Part shown: positions 38,591 to 51,164 of the stretch, piece after piece
How the letters are laid out: every line of letters begins with the position of its first letter
How positions within the stretch are numbered: the first letter of the stretch is position 1
Source: an uncultured Nitrospirales bacterium
GTDB taxonomy: Bacteria; Hydrogenedentota; Hydrogenedentia; Hydrogenedentales; GCA-2746185
Length of the DNA stretch: 64,000 nt
Direction of reading: 5' to 3'
NCBI GenBank assembly: GCA_964467615.1
Contig: CAYXRK010000001.1
Coordinates: 14,008 to 78,007 of the forward strand
Made by a program: the position numbers and the translations under genes
Notes under the pieces: model-generated
Databases searched by the model: none
Told to the model about the DNA's origin: nothing
Seen by the model: only the letters and a program-made list of their open reading frames with translations

Positions 38591-39471
38591 TTCCGCACGG
38601 GCATTTTGAAGCCGGGTTCGTCGGCGGGAAGGCTGTAGACTTTTCCGTGGTTGCCCAGCGTGATGTAGAGGGTCCTTAGATCGGGGCCGCCGAAGCAGAC
38701 GTTCGACACGCCTGCGCCGCGCGGGAACGGATATTCCTTGAGGACTTTTCCTTCGGGGCTGACGACGGCGACTTTTGCGCCGAGATTGAGCGCGACGTAG
38801 ACGTTGCCGCTGGCGGCGACGGTCATGCCGTCCGGGCCACCGCGGCCGAAGTCGACGAACACTTCGCCTTTGCCGAGGTTGCCGTCCGCGAGGGGGTAGC
38901 GCCAGAGTTTGCTGCCGCCGGCGGTGTCGCAGACGTATAGCCATTTGCTATCCGGGCTGATGCGAATGCCGTTGGGGTATTGCTGGTCCGACGCGACGAT
39001 GTTCGCCGTGCCGTCCGGTTTCACGCGGACCACGCAGGGTTTACTGTGCGAACCGGGGTTCGTGAAGAAGAGGTTGCCGTGCGAATCGAAGACGAGATCG
39101 TTCGGCTGGTTGAGCGGCGCGCCATCGGCGGCGTCGCAGAACTTCGTCAGCGAACCGTCTGGGTTGACCTTCGAGACCGTGCGACCCGCACCTTGGCAGG
39201 TGTATAGGTTGCCGTCTATGTCGAAGGCGAGACCGTTGCCACCGGCGGTGTTTTCGGCGATTGCTTTGGGCGCGCCTTTGCCGTCCCAGCGGTAGACTTT
39301 TCCCGCGCGGGTGTCGGTGAAGTAGAGCGAGCCGTCAGGCGCGATCGCGGGGCCTTCGGCGAATTGGTAGCCTTCGCCAATCAGGATCGCGCCCTCGGGT
39401 GGGCCCGCTGGGCCTTCGTCCGCCGCAAACGCAGCGGTAAATGCGGCGGCGAAAAGTAGAACGGCGCGCAT
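38587..39471 (-). CDS. SMP-30/gluconolactonase/LRE-family protein (secreted beta-propeller)
   Basis: Signal peptide. Repeated GxxxD..G propeller blades. Family-typical motifs (YFTDT, LYVCDT). Confidence 0.7.
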   Translation of the reverse strand: MRAVLLFAAAFTAAFAADEGPAGPPEGAILIGEGYQFAEGPAIAPDGSLYFTDTRAGKVYRWDGKGAPKAIAENTAGGNGLAFDIDGNLYTCQGAGRTVSKVNPDGSLTKFCDAADGAPLNQPNDLVFDSHGNLFFTNPGSHSKPCVVRVKPDGTANIVASDQQYPNGIRISPDSKWLYVCDTAGGSKLWRYPLADGNLGKGEVFVDFGRGGPDGMTVAASGNVYVALNLGAKVAVVSPEGKVLKEYPFPRGAGVSNVCFGGPDLRTLYITLGNHGKVYSLPADEPGFKMPVRN

Positions 39472-39482
39472 GGCGAATCTCC

Positions 39483-41322
<1,840 letters not shown>

Positions 41323-41408
41323 CGGTCTTCTCCTTCGATTGGTAACGTGACTGCGAACGGGGCAGTATAAAGTACGAACATCGGACCCGTTGAAGGCGCG
41401 TACGTTCC

Positions 41409-43055
41409 ATGAGCAAAGCCCCGCTATCGGCCATTAATTCGAGCGCGTGGAGCGCCGCGCACGCGCGCCATTTGCTGAATCGCGCGGGTTTTGGTGTGCC
41501 GCGCGAGCTGGCCGGGCGTCTGGCGAATATGACGTCGTCCGAGGCGGTCGACTACCTCGTCGACTATCGGCGGATTGACGACCCGCTGCCTTCGCCCGAT
41601 TTCGTCATCCCGCAATTCAGCAAGGCCGAAACACAATGGCTGACCGACGGGATGGCGCGGCCCGCGATCGAGCGCGCGGGCCAAGCGGGCCGCGAAGTGC
41701 AGAAAGAATCCGTCGGGATGTTGCGGGCGTGGTGGTTTGACCGGATGGCGCGAACGCCGCGGCCGCTCGAAGAAAAGCTGACGCTCTTTTGGCACGGGCA
41801 CTTTGCCGTGTCCGCGAACAAAGTGCAGGAGTCGGGGCATCTGTATCAACTCAACTCCGTGATGCGGGAACACGCGGCGGGAAACGTGAAGACGCTTACG
41901 ACGCTCGTCGGCCAGTCCCCGGCGATGTTGCAGTACCTCGACAGCGCGCAGAACACCAAGGACGGCCCGAACGAGAACTGGGCGCGGGAACTGCTCGAAT
42001 TGTTCACGCTCGGACACGGCGCGTACAGCGAGCACGATATCAAGGAGGCGGCCCGCGCATTCACGGGCTGGACCTGCAATCACGAGCGGTTCATCTTCCG
42101 CGAACGCGACCACGACACAGGCGAGAAATCTTTCTTGGGGAGGAGCGGCGCGTTTACCGGCGAGGACATTATCGACATCGTGTTCGATCAGCCCGCGTGT
42201 GCGGAGCATTTTGCGCACAAGCTGTGGAGGTATTTCGCGTACGACGATCCGGAACCGGAAATCGTGTCCGGTTTGGCCGCGACGTTGCGCGACAACAACT
42301 ATGAACTCGCGCCGATGCTCAAGCAGTTGTTTTTGTCGCAGGCGTTCTATAGCGAGCGCGCCATTGGGACGCAGATCAAGTGCCCGGCGCAGTTGCTCGT
42401 TTCGCTTTGCCTCGATCTTCGCATCGATCCCCTGCCCTTCATCCATGTAACTGAGGCGATGCAGGCGCTCGGGCAAGAGTTGTTCTATCCGCCGAACGTC
42501 GGGGGTTGGCCCGGCGGGCGCGAATGGGCGAACGCAAACACATTGACCTTGCGATACAACCTACCCGTGGCGCTCGTGACGGCGGCGATGCCGAACGAAT
42601 CGGACGACAAACTGCGCGGCATGCAGAACAACATGATGTCGCCGGCAGCTGGCGGCGCGGGAGACACGCCGGATCCGAGCGGCGCGCTTGGGCGGCTCCT
42701 TGCCGAGTTCGACGGCGAGCGGCGGCGGCGCATCGAGGAGCGCCTGGGTGCGGATCGCGGGCGTTTCCGGCAATGGTTGGGCCAATGGCTGACCGCGTGG
42801 AACGCGCGGGCTCCGTGGAACGCGGAACGAGTTGTGGGCGATGTCCCCACGAAGACCGCGGGAGGATGGATCGACGCGCTTACCGATCGTTACCTCGCCA
42901 TGCCCATTTCCGCGGAACAACGCAAGGACTTGCTCTGGGCGATGGGCGCGATGGGCGATTCGGAACGCGCGATGCCGACCGGGGGACCGCCGCGCGGGCG
43001 CGTGCATTCCACGTTGCACCTGCTGTTCAGCCTCGCTGAATACCAGCTTTGCTAA
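41409..43055 (+). CDS. DUF1800 domain-containing protein
   Basis: Characteristic DUF1800 blocks (LLNRAGFG, LTLFWHGHFA, LELFTLGHG, FTGWT). No adjacent DUF1501 partner in the window. Confidence 0.75.
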   Translation: MSKAPLSAINSSAWSAAHARHLLNRAGFGVPRELAGRLANMTSSEAVDYLVDYRRIDDPLPSPDFVIPQFSKAETQWLTDGMARPAIERAGQAGREVQKESVGMLRAWWFDRMARTPRPLEEKLTLFWHGHFAVSANKVQESGHLYQLNSVMREHAAGNVKTLTTLVGQSPAMLQYLDSAQNTKDGPNENWARELLELFTLGHGAYSEHDIKEAARAFTGWTCNHERFIFRERDHDTGEKSFLGRSGAFTGEDIIDIVFDQPACAEHFAHKLWRYFAYDDPEPEIVSGLAATLRDNNYELAPMLKQLFLSQAFYSERAIGTQIKCPAQLLVSLCLDLRIDPLPFIHVTEAMQALGQELFYPPNVGGWPGGREWANANTLTLRYNLPVALVTAAMPNESDDKLRGMQNNMMSPAAGGAGDTPDPSGALGRLLAEFDGERRRRIEERLGADRGRFRQWLGQWLTAWNARAPWNAERVVGDVPTKTAGGWIDALTDRYLAMPISAEQRKDLLWAMGAMGDSERAMPTGGPPRGRVHSTLHLLFSLAEYQLC

Positions 43056-43062
43056 CGGGCCG

Positions 43063-43686
43063 CTACGCTTTCGCTGGCTTTGGGCGCGTGGCAAACTGCG
43101 TGAACGCGCCGAGGCCCGCAATGGCTACCCAGATTGCGAGCACGATGGGGCGGCCGTATTCGCCTTCGAGCGTCGCGGTGTAGTCGTCCAGCCAGCCGCT
43201 TGCCAGCAAGAAGAAGAGCAGGCCGGAAACGACCAACCACCCGCCGATCGCGGAGGTGGCGATCATCACAACGGGCCGCTCGATGAGCAGCGCGACGAGA
43301 CCGCCCGCCACGCCGAGTCCGATGATCGCCGCGGGAATCCATTGTTCCGGACGGCCTTGCAGGAAGTTGTACGCGACTAGAATTCCGCCGATGAGTCCCA
43401 GGAAGAACACGCCCGTTTTGTATAGAAAGAAGAGCGCCATCGCGCCGCAGATTCCGCCGATGAGCATCCCGACTGCCATCGAAATGAGATGGCCCGCGCT
43501 GATCCAGCCGACGAGCAGCGCCGCGACGGTCCCGGCGATGAAAAAGCCCGTGACGCCGAGGACAAACCGGAGCGTGCGGTAACCCAGGAAGCAATAGAGC
43601 GTGCCGACGGCGACGCTGCACGCCACGGACGCGTTCATCTGCGCGTCCGAGAGGTCCTCCAACCGCATTCCCGGAATGTCGATCAT
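43063..43686 (-). CDS. integral membrane protein (about 6 TM, Gly-rich helices), hypothetical
   Basis: Highly hydrophobic ORF. The antisense ORFs are compositional artefacts. Confidence 0.5.
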   Translation of the reverse strand: MIDIPGMRLEDLSDAQMNASVACSVAVGTLYCFLGYRTLRFVLGVTGFFIAGTVAALLVGWISAGHLISMAVGMLIGGICGAMALFFLYKTGVFFLGLIGGILVAYNFLQGRPEQWIPAAIIGLGVAGGLVALLIERPVVMIATSAIGGWLVVSGLLFFLLASGWLDDYTATLEGEYGRPIVLAIWVAIAGLGAFTQFATRPKPAKA

Positions 43687-43702
43687 GTCGGCCCAAGGTT
43701 CG

Positions 43703-45091
43703 TCAGATGTGGACTTCGATCCGGTGGCCGTCCACGTCGTTCTTTGGTTCCGTATCGCGCGGCCGCGACGGCCACAGCGGCGCGACCATTTGCGATTCCC
43801 ATTCGGCGTACAACTTCTTCAGTTGTTCGACGACCTCGGGGCGTTCCGCGGCGAGGTTTTTTGTCTCGCCGACGTCGTCGCCCAATTCGTAGAGCGCGGT
43901 GAAGTCTTGATCGAAGAACAACTTCAGATTGCCCTTGCGCATGGCCTTGTTGGGACCATTGCGCCAGAACAAGGTTTCGTGCGGCGCTTCGTCCTTTTGA
44001 CCGGTCAGGTAGGGCAAAAGATTCGTGCCGTCGATCGTGCGATCGCTCGGCACTTCGGCGCCGGTGATGGCGGCGATAGTCGGGAATAGGTCCATCGACA
44101 CGACCGGCTGGTCGTACCGCAGCCCGCTCGGCAACTTTCCCGGCCACTGTACGGCGAAGGGAATCCGCACGCCGCCTTCAAACAGGTATGTCTTGCCCAG
44201 GCGCAACGGGCGATTGTCACACACGTTGGCGTACAGCGCGCAGCCGTTGTCGCTGAGAAACGCCACCAGCGTACGCTCGCGAAGCCCGGTCTGCTCGAGT
44301 GCGCGAAGGATTCGCCCCACGCCGTCGTCGAGCGCGCTAATCATGGCGACGTAGCGGCGGCGGGCCGGGTCGTCAATGTTCGGAAACCGTTCGAGATAGT
44401 TGTCGGAGACCTCATGCGGCGTGTGCGGCGCGTTGTAGGGAACGTAGAGAAAGAACGGCTTCTCCTTGTTCCGTTCGATGAACGACACGGCCTCGCGCGT
44501 GAACGCATCGGTGAGATACTCGGGTTCGGCCACCGCCTTGCCGTTGCGCTCGATGGGGGTCCGATCGGCGGGATCGAACGTATCCGGTGGATTGAAGTAT
44601 TTATGTCCGCCGAAACGGAAGCCGAAGAACTCATCGAACCCGCGCTTGTTCGGGCCAAAGCGTTCTTGCAAACCGAGATGCCACTTGCCGACGATCCCCG
44701 TCGCGTAGCCGGCTTTCTTCAGCACGTCCGCGAGCGTTATTTCCGAGGGCGGCAGACCGAATTCGCCCTTGATCGAGCGCTGCAACGGTCCGGCGTTGAA
44801 CTCAAACCCGTAGCGCTGTTGGTAGCGGCCGGTCATCAACGCGGCCCGCGAAGGGCTGCATGTGCCGGCGGTGACGTAGCCCTGCGGAAAGAGAACGCCA
44901 TTCTCCGCGATCGAGTTGATGTTCGGCGTGGGAATGTCCTGGCAGTCGTAGAGACCCGTGTCGCAGTAGCCCAGGTCGTCAGCGAGAATAATGACGACGT
45001 TTGGCCGCTCCTGCGCGCTAGCTATGGGGTGCAGGACCGCCCACGTCAACGCGGCCGCGAGTAAGCGCCATGCCATGCCATTGTTCGCCAT
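43703..45091 (-). CDS. Cys-type arylsulfatase (formylglycine-dependent), secreted
   Basis: CSPSRAALMTGRY FGly motif. Signal peptide MANNGMAWRLLAAALTWAVLHPIASA. Confidence 0.85.
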   Translation of the reverse strand: MANNGMAWRLLAAALTWAVLHPIASAQERPNVVIILADDLGYCDTGLYDCQDIPTPNINSIAENGVLFPQGYVTAGTCSPSRAALMTGRYQQRYGFEFNAGPLQRSIKGEFGLPPSEITLADVLKKAGYATGIVGKWHLGLQERFGPNKRGFDEFFGFRFGGHKYFNPPDTFDPADRTPIERNGKAVAEPEYLTDAFTREAVSFIERNKEKPFFLYVPYNAPHTPHEVSDNYLERFPNIDDPARRRYVAMISALDDGVGRILRALEQTGLRERTLVAFLSDNGCALYANVCDNRPLRLGKTYLFEGGVRIPFAVQWPGKLPSGLRYDQPVVSMDLFPTIAAITGAEVPSDRTIDGTNLLPYLTGQKDEAPHETLFWRNGPNKAMRKGNLKLFFDQDFTALYELGDDVGETKNLAAERPEVVEQLKKLYAEWESQMVAPLWPSRPRDTEPKNDVDGHRIEVHI

Positions 45092-45251
45092 AAGAATTCT
45101 CCCAGCTTGTTTCACCAATTCAACTTCGTCCCTGATGGTTCCATCGGTACCGGCCCGGAACATAGATTACAGTGCGAACCGCAAACTCCGTTAACACCAT
45201 TCGTCCCAGCATCGTACGAGGGGGATCCAAATCCTTAGCGTTATCGAAGTC

Positions 45252-48200
45252 CTATTTCCCGAGCTCCGCCATCAGCCGCGCGATTTCCGCGCGCACGCCT
45301 TGAATCGCCTTGTAGCGCCGATCGGCGACGGCCCGTTCGCCCGGCGCGCCGCCTTTTCCCGGCAACGTGCCGTCGGCATCGAGGCCGCAAAACTGCGCGA
45401 TTGCCGCCGCGCCCCCGCCGAGCAGCCTCTCCGCCTCGCGCGCGGCCTCCGGATGCGCCCCGCGTTGCCTTGCCGCCGCATCGCGCAGCGCATGCAGCAT
45501 CGCGTAGTCCTCGACCCCGTCCCGAACGGCCTCCCAACGCTTGCTGGAGACCACGCCATCGCCCTGATACACCATCAAATAGTCCGGGGATTCCGCCGAT
45601 CGGTACCAGGGGTCCGCGCTTGAGGTGCAATACGACCAAAACCCTATTCCCGTCAAACCGTGATGCCACGCCAGCCACGCCTGCGCTCTGTAGTAACCCA
45701 GCGGCGATTGGTGCTTCGCGTTTCCGTCGCATTCGTAGGTCCACATCTGGGCGCCGGAGTCTTGCATGATCTTTAGTTTCTCGGCGCCCGTATTCAGCAA
45801 GAACCCATTCCGATTCGGACACCAAATGTCGACATACGGGACCATCGACTGCAATTCCTCGGCGGTGATCCGCCCGACCGGGTCCGTGTACATCAGCACC
45901 TTCGGGTCCGCCTCGCGCGTGAGCTTCGCGTTGTTCAAATATAAATCGACCAGGCCTTCGTTCAGTCCCGGTTCGTCGACCGGATACATCGCAAACCCGT
46001 CGTACCCGACGCCCATTTCCTTCAAATGCGCCACCCAATCGCGCATCCACGGGATATACGCCTTCTTGTAGGCCTCGCCGTCCATACCGCCCGGTCCGGT
46101 TAGTGCGCCGAGTTGTTGGAAGAGGAGCATGCCGTGCGGCGCATAGAGGCGGACGAAATTGTCGTGGTCGGCGAAGTCGATCTCGCCGACGAGGTTTCCC
46201 GATTCGTCGAATGTGGCGCGCGGCGCGAACGACGTCGCAAACACGTTAGTCCCATGCGCGGTCATGTCTGCGATGGCCTCCGCCTCGTAGTCCTTGAGGC
46301 GCGAATTGTGGACGTAGGCCCAGTTGCATTGCCGCAATACGTTCGTATCGGCGAGCGGTGTGGGCCATACGTTGACGCTTAACACAGCATAGAGGGTCTT
46401 CGGTTCGGGCTCGAGCGTCCGCAATTTCACGTACGTAAAGGACACCCCCCGACCCATGCCTTTCGTATCCACCGAAAACCAAATCTGCCGCGCATCCAAA
46501 CCCGGAATTGTTAGTACATTTCCCGAGTTCATTCGTGGCAACGCGTCGAAGGACGTATCCAGCATCTGTGTCGGAACGTCGGCTACTTCGAGCAGCGTGA
46601 TCTTGCCCCTCGGGTTTCCCGGATCGCTGCCTTCGTGAACAAGCGGATCGACTTCCACACGCACGGTGTGTGACACGCTGTCCCAATTAATAATGTTCAG
46701 CGCGGCCGACTCCACTTCGCCCGCAAACGCCGACAACGTAAACGCATCGCTCCCCGTACGCCCCTCGATCACCTCGTCCATTCCGCCGAACGGTGCCCAG
46801 GGATTTGCCCAACTCGCCTGCAAGGGCCACGCGCCCGCATCGTGCTGCTTCATTGCCGCGCTCGAAAGCGTTCCCAATCGCTCGAAACGATCCAGGTCTG
46901 CGCGCAATGCGTCGCGCAGGTCTCGCCGCTCCACGTCCGTCAACGTTCCTGCCGTCAGCGCCCGCTCCGCGTATCCGGCAAGCCGCGTCCTCAACTCGCC
47001 CGCCTCACCGAGCAACGCGAACGCGTTCGGCAATCGCCGCGCTTGTTCCTCGATTCGGCCAAGATACTCCCGTAAATCCTGCACCTCCTTGCGGAACGGC
47101 ACGACGTACGCCTCGGTGTTCCGCTGCGCCACGAGCGCGTCTCCCGAATACACGCGGCATTCAATCGTCAGCGCGATTGGCGCCCCCGAAGAAAGCGAAT
47201 AGTCGAACTCGTAGTCGAACGTCTCTTCCGATGACGCGTACGTGCGTGGCCGCGCAGCTTCGCCGTTCTGGCTCACTGTCACGCCGACATGCAGCGCCTC
47301 TTGCTTCGGGTTGCTCACGGTCACGGAAAACGTGTTCGGTCCGATGTACATCTTGCCAAAATCAATCGACGCAATTGTCACGGGCGACCGCGAGAGCGCA
47401 TCGCCGTACGCCGCCTGCCGCGCGCTGCTGAATCGATATTCTGGCCACGCGATCCTCGCATCCGGCTTCGCGTCCGGCCACGCATACGCGAACACCTTGC
47501 TCGTAGATCCCGCGTAGATGATGTACGGAGTTCCGTTTCCGTCCAGATCGGCGACGGTCGGCGATGCGTTCGTCGCGCCCGTCATCGGAATGGTTTCTTG
47601 CAGTTCGCCGTCCGCGCTGAATACGTACATCTCGCCCGAATACCCAGCGGCCACGATATCGATTTTTCCGTCGCCGTCCACGTCGGCGATTGCGGGCGAA
47701 CGCCGCACGCGCTCGTGTACGTTCGCCGTCCACCGCTTCCCGCCATCGGGCGTCAGACTTACCATCACACCGGACAAATCGATTGCGTATATCTCCGGCA
47801 CGCCGTCTTCGTTCGCGTCCGCCACCGCAATGCTCCCGTCAATGGCCTTCGTCGTGGCGTAGGTCCAACGGACTTTACCCATGCCGTCCACCACGGCGAC
47901 CGCGTTGTCGATCGCGCTCACGATCTCGTTCCGCCCGTCGCCGTCCAAGTCCGCGATCACCGGGCTGGTCCCGTTGCCCGGTTTGGCCGCGCGCCACCAC
48001 TCCGTGCCATCGGCATTCAGGCATACGAGCGGAATCTTCGAACCGCCTATCAGCACCGCCGACGACTCGTTCTCCCCGATCGCTCCTATCGCAGGGCAGT
48101 ACGCGTACCCGTGCTCGCCGTTGTATTGCCAGCGCAGTTCACCCTCGTTCGACAGGCAAACAACGTGGCCCTGATCGTCCCCCGCCACGATCTCCAGCAC

Positions 48201-48629
48201 GCCGTCGCCATCGAGATCGAATGCGGCAATTGACGTCGTCCCCCAAACCACCTTGCCGGGAAAATCGAACTGCCAGATCGTGTCCCCCGTTTTCCCCGAC
48301 AGGCAATACATTCGCCCGGCCTGGTTCAGCACCAACACCTCCGGCGTTGGATCCTCGAGCAGATCAACCACCGTCGGCGGGATGCTAATCGGAATTTGCA
48401 CCCCGCTCATCCACATCTGCCGCCCCGCGCTATCGACCGCGATCGTCATTCCTGCAGTCGTCGTCACGACGAGGTCGCTCTTCCCATCGCCGTTCAGGTC
48501 CGCTACCCCCGGCGAACAGTCCACGTCCCCCAACGGCGGATCGAACGTCCACTTCGCCTCCAAAGCCTGCGCGGCAAAACCCCACAGGCCCGTCGTCATC
48601 AAAACACCGCAATATGCCGCCCTCATGCG
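45252..48629 (-). CDS. large secreted FG-GAP/VCBS beta-propeller protein with C-terminal glycoside-hydrolase-like domain
   Basis: Signal peptide. Repeated DLNGDGKSD / DLDGDG / DVDGDGKID FG-GAP calcium-binding motifs. About 600-aa C-terminal domain of unknown (glycosidase-like) function. Confidence 0.6.
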   Translation of the reverse strand, partial: RMRAAYCGVLMTTGLWGFAAQALEAKWTFDPPLGDVDCSPGVADLNGDGKSDLVVTTTAGMTIAVDSAGRQMWMSGVQIPISIPPTVVDLLEDPTPEVLVLNQAGRMYCLSGKTGDTIWQFDFPGKVVWGTTSIAAFDLDGDGVLEIVAGDDQGHVVCLSNEGELRWQYNGEHGYAYCPAIGAIGENESSAVLIGGSKIPLVCLNADGTEWWRAAKPGNGTSPVIADLDGDGRNEIVSAIDNAVAVVDGMGKVRWTYATTKAIDGSIAVADANEDGVPEIYAIDLSGVMVSLTPDGGKRWTANVHERVRRSPAIADVDGDGKIDIVAAGYSGEMYVFSADGELQETIPMTGATNASPTVADLDGNGTPYIIYAGSTSKVFAYAWPDAKPDARIAWPEYRFSSARQAAYGDALSRSPVTIASIDFGKMYIGPNTFSVTVSNPKQEALHVGVTVSQNGEAARPRTYASSEETFDYEFDYSLSSGAPIALTIECRVYSGDALVAQRNTEAYVVPFRKEVQDLREYLGRIEEQARRLPNAFALLGEAGELRTRLAGYAERALTAGTLTDVERRDLRDALRADLDRFERLGTLSSAAMKQHDAGAWPLQASWANPWAPFGGMDEVIEGRTGSDAFTLSAFAGEVESAALNIINWDSVSHTVRVEVDPLVHEGSDPGNPRGKITLLEVADVPTQMLDTSFDALPRMNSGNVLTIPGLDARQIWFSVDTKGMGRGVSFTYVKLRTLEPEPKTLYAVLSVNVWPTPLADTNVLRQCNWAYVHNSRLKDYEAEAIADMTAHGTNVFATSFAPRATFDESGNLVGEIDFADHDNFVRLYAPHGMLLFQQLGALTGPGGMDGEAYKKAYIPWMRDWVAHLKEMGVGYDGFAMYPVDEPGLNEGLVDLYLNNAKLTREADPKVLMYTDPVGRITAEELQSMVPYVDIWCPNRNGFLLNTGAEKLKIMQDSGAQMWTYECDGNAKHQSPLGYYRAQAWLAWHHGLTGIGFWSYCTSSADPWYRSAESPDYLMVYQGDGVVSSKRWEAVRDGVEDYAMLHALRDAAARQRGAHPEAAREAERLLGGGAAAIAQFCGLDADGTLPGKGGAPGERAVADRRYKAIQGVRAEIARLMAELGK

Positions 48630-48880
48630 CGCAATCCCTTCCGTATCGAATTCGTTAAAACCCGAATACCAATCCTGCATTCCATTGTATGCCTTATTCG
48701 GCGCTGATCCGGCGGTATCGGTGTTCATCGGCGGCCAACTCGAAAGTTCAAACGGCCGCGCACTCTTAGCAAGTGCGGGGCAGACGCCCTCGGCTGCCGT
48801 GCTTTCCCGTGCGAAACCCTTTGATCGGCCCTCATCTCCGCGCCATACGTGATAACATTTTTCCGATCAGGAGAAAGGCC

Positions 48881-49375
48881 ATGCACATCCGCCCCGCCGA
48901 GGAACGCGATTGCGCCACCATCAACGACATTCGAAATTACTACATCGTCCACACGCCGATTACGTTCGACCTCGAAACCGAACCCGTCGAGGCGAGAATC
49001 GAATGGTTCACCCACTACCACGTAACCGGACGCCACCGGCTCTTCGTCTCCGAAACGGACGGCAATGTCACGGGCTACGCATACACCTCTCAATTTCGCT
49101 CGAAGGCCGCTTACGACACCACCGTCGAGATGACCATTTACCTCGCGCCTGAAGCGGTTGGGCGCGGCATCGGGTCAGTGCTTTACGCGACGTTATTCGA
49201 CGCGCTCCGGGACGAGGACGTACACCTCGCCGTCGCCGGCATCACGCTTCCCAACGAAGCGTCAATCGCGCTGCACAAGAAATTCGGTTTCGAGGACGTC
49301 GGCGTCTACCACGAAGTCGGACGCAAGTTCGGCAAATACTGGGACGTGGTCTGGATGGAGAAGCGGCTGGGATAA
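48881..49375 (+). CDS. GNAT family N-acetyltransferase (phosphinothricin acetyltransferase-like)
   Basis: AVGRGIGSVL acetyl-CoA-binding motif. AGGAGAAAGG Shine-Dalgarno. Confidence 0.75.
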   Translation: MHIRPAEERDCATINDIRNYYIVHTPITFDLETEPVEARIEWFTHYHVTGRHRLFVSETDGNVTGYAYTSQFRSKAAYDTTVEMTIYLAPEAVGRGIGSVLYATLFDALRDEDVHLAVAGITLPNEASIALHKKFGFEDVGVYHEVGRKFGKYWDVVWMEKRLG

Positions 49376-49464
49376 GCGTGACGCAGCGTATCATCGCGAA
49401 ACGGTGATCGGTTTCGGGCTGGGCTTGGCGGAAGTTTGGGTTTCGTCATATTCGATTTTTCCCA

Positions 49465-50484
49465 CTACGATTCTGCAACTGAATAATCAGGCAACTGCAA
49501 GCGCACCAAGTCAATTAGCGTTGCGTTTCCATGCGAATGATCCAGCGGCCTTAAAAGCAAAAAATCATCTGCCGTTACCACGAATTCATCTGCTGGCGTC
49601 TTTGTCATTCCGTTGAAATACGACATAAAGAAACTAAAAAATGATTGTCGTTTCCGCTTCGCAATTCTTTCTATGAATTCGGCATAGCGGATGATCGCTT
49701 CGTCCTTTACCTGAAATGTGTAATCCACGTAGGTTTCCAATACTGACAAGTCATGATCAGTCCAATGAACACCATTGCCTAGTAACGCGAAACTGCGAAA
49801 CGGACGTTTGCTCGCGCTGCCAGAAGACGCCAACAAATTTTCGTTGAATTGAAGATCAAAATCGACCGCGACTAATGACGTTTGCTTTGCTTTCTCAATT
49901 GTTTGAATTCCGCTTCCTAACTTATCTGAACTTGAAAATCGTTGCGCTCCAACACGCTTACTTTCTAGGGATGCAAGAGGAGAAGCACTGTTGAGAAGAG
50001 CAATGCGGCAATACTGCTCTTTGACGGCAATCAGTTTTACAAAAAGCGTACTAGCCTTGCCACCCCATACGACGATAACAGGGAACGCCTGTTCAACGGC
50101 GATGGTTTTTATCGTTTCACCTTCACCGGTCAAGACACCAATTCGCGCCTGCTGCATCAATGGATCGTGCCGTTTCAAAGTGATTTGAAGCGATGGATTG
50201 CCGATACGAAGGTTGTGACCCTTTTGGATATGGGCAACTAACAACGGAGCAAATAGGACGAACTCGACTTTATGAGTGGCTCCAGAACGTCCGCGAAGTT
50301 TCGGCTCATAGATGAGACAATCGCGAATTTTCAAATCAGTAAGTAAAAACTTCTTTATAATGATTTCCTGAACTACACCAATCTTGCGACCTACAGTTCG
50401 GCCGTTCTTTATATTGGTATGCGTCTCAAAATAATAGAAAATCTCCGAAATTCGAGGATCGTGAGGATCGCGTGGATTCGCCAC
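49465..50484 (-). CDS. putative Type II restriction endonuclease (partner of the adjacent MTase)
   Basis: Low-GC (about 43%) ORF immediately downstream of, and overlapping, the N6A MTase gene. Start taken at GTG with GGAG Shine-Dalgarno; the ORF extends to a TTG at 50565. No recognised family. Confidence 0.45.
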   Translation of the reverse strand: MANPRDPHDPRISEIFYYFETHTNIKNGRTVGRKIGVVQEIIIKKFLLTDLKIRDCLIYEPKLRGRSGATHKVEFVLFAPLLVAHIQKGHNLRIGNPSLQITLKRHDPLMQQARIGVLTGEGETIKTIAVEQAFPVIVVWGGKASTLFVKLIAVKEQYCRIALLNSASPLASLESKRVGAQRFSSSDKLGSGIQTIEKAKQTSLVAVDFDLQFNENLLASSGSASKRPFRSFALLGNGVHWTDHDLSVLETYVDYTFQVKDEAIIRYAEFIERIAKRKRQSFFSFFMSYFNGMTKTPADEFVVTADDFLLLRPLDHSHGNATLIDLVRLQLPDYSVAES

Positions 50485-50537
50485 TATTTTCTCCGGCGAA
50501 CGAATCTGACTATCAGTTCCTCTATGATGCTCATATA

Positions 50538-51164
50538 TTACGTTTGTTGCTGCGTCGGGCGCCAAACGGAACTGTGATCAAATAGAAGAGGTTGTTCTTG
50601 CTTCTTTGCCCGTTCGTACTTCGCCATACGTGCCGAACGTAAATCTATCGCAGCGCCGTATTTGGAAAAGACCTCTAAGAACTTCGCTACTTCTGGTCCC
50701 CAATAGACCATTGCACACGACATAGGGGCACCCTTGCCACCGGTCCTTCCGTTTACGAGAAATTTTAATCGGGTGTCGTACAAGAATGCGACCGCTGCAG
50801 TATTGTTCCAGATGAAACGCTTCCAGTGACTTGTATTCGTTGCGACGGGTACTAATGCGATGACTTCCGAATTATGTGTTTGATGACTTTCGGCGCAACG
50901 TCTCAACCAGTCGTAGATTGTCGTGCCTCTCGTCCGATCTGCTCCGTAAGGTGGATTGACGAATATCGTCGGGTAATCCCAACTCGCACTGAGGCCATCC
51001 GTCTTTGGTAAGTGGTACTCAATCGCGGCATCAACGACTGAGTATTTATTTGAGCAAGGGTCTAACGAAATTCTGCCTCCGAATACTTGGCGAACCGCTA
51101 CCACATACTCAAGCGGCGTCCCCCAGTGATGGCTTACTGCGTTGACCGTTCTTCCTGCTGTCAT
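50538..51164 (-). CDS. DNA N6-adenine methyltransferase (Dam-like, phage-type)
   Basis: DPCS (motif I-like) and TIFVNPPYG (motif IV NPPY) signatures. GGAGGGGAAA Shine-Dalgarno before the ATG (MTAGRTV). Low GC. Confidence 0.75.
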   Translation of the reverse strand: MTAGRTVNAVSHHWGTPLEYVVAVRQVFGGRISLDPCSNKYSVVDAAIEYHLPKTDGLSASWDYPTIFVNPPYGADRTRGTTIYDWLRRCAESHQTHNSEVIALVPVATNTSHWKRFIWNNTAAVAFLYDTRLKFLVNGRTGGKGAPMSCAMVYWGPEVAKFLEVFSKYGAAIDLRSARMAKYERAKKQEQPLLFDHSSVWRPTQQQT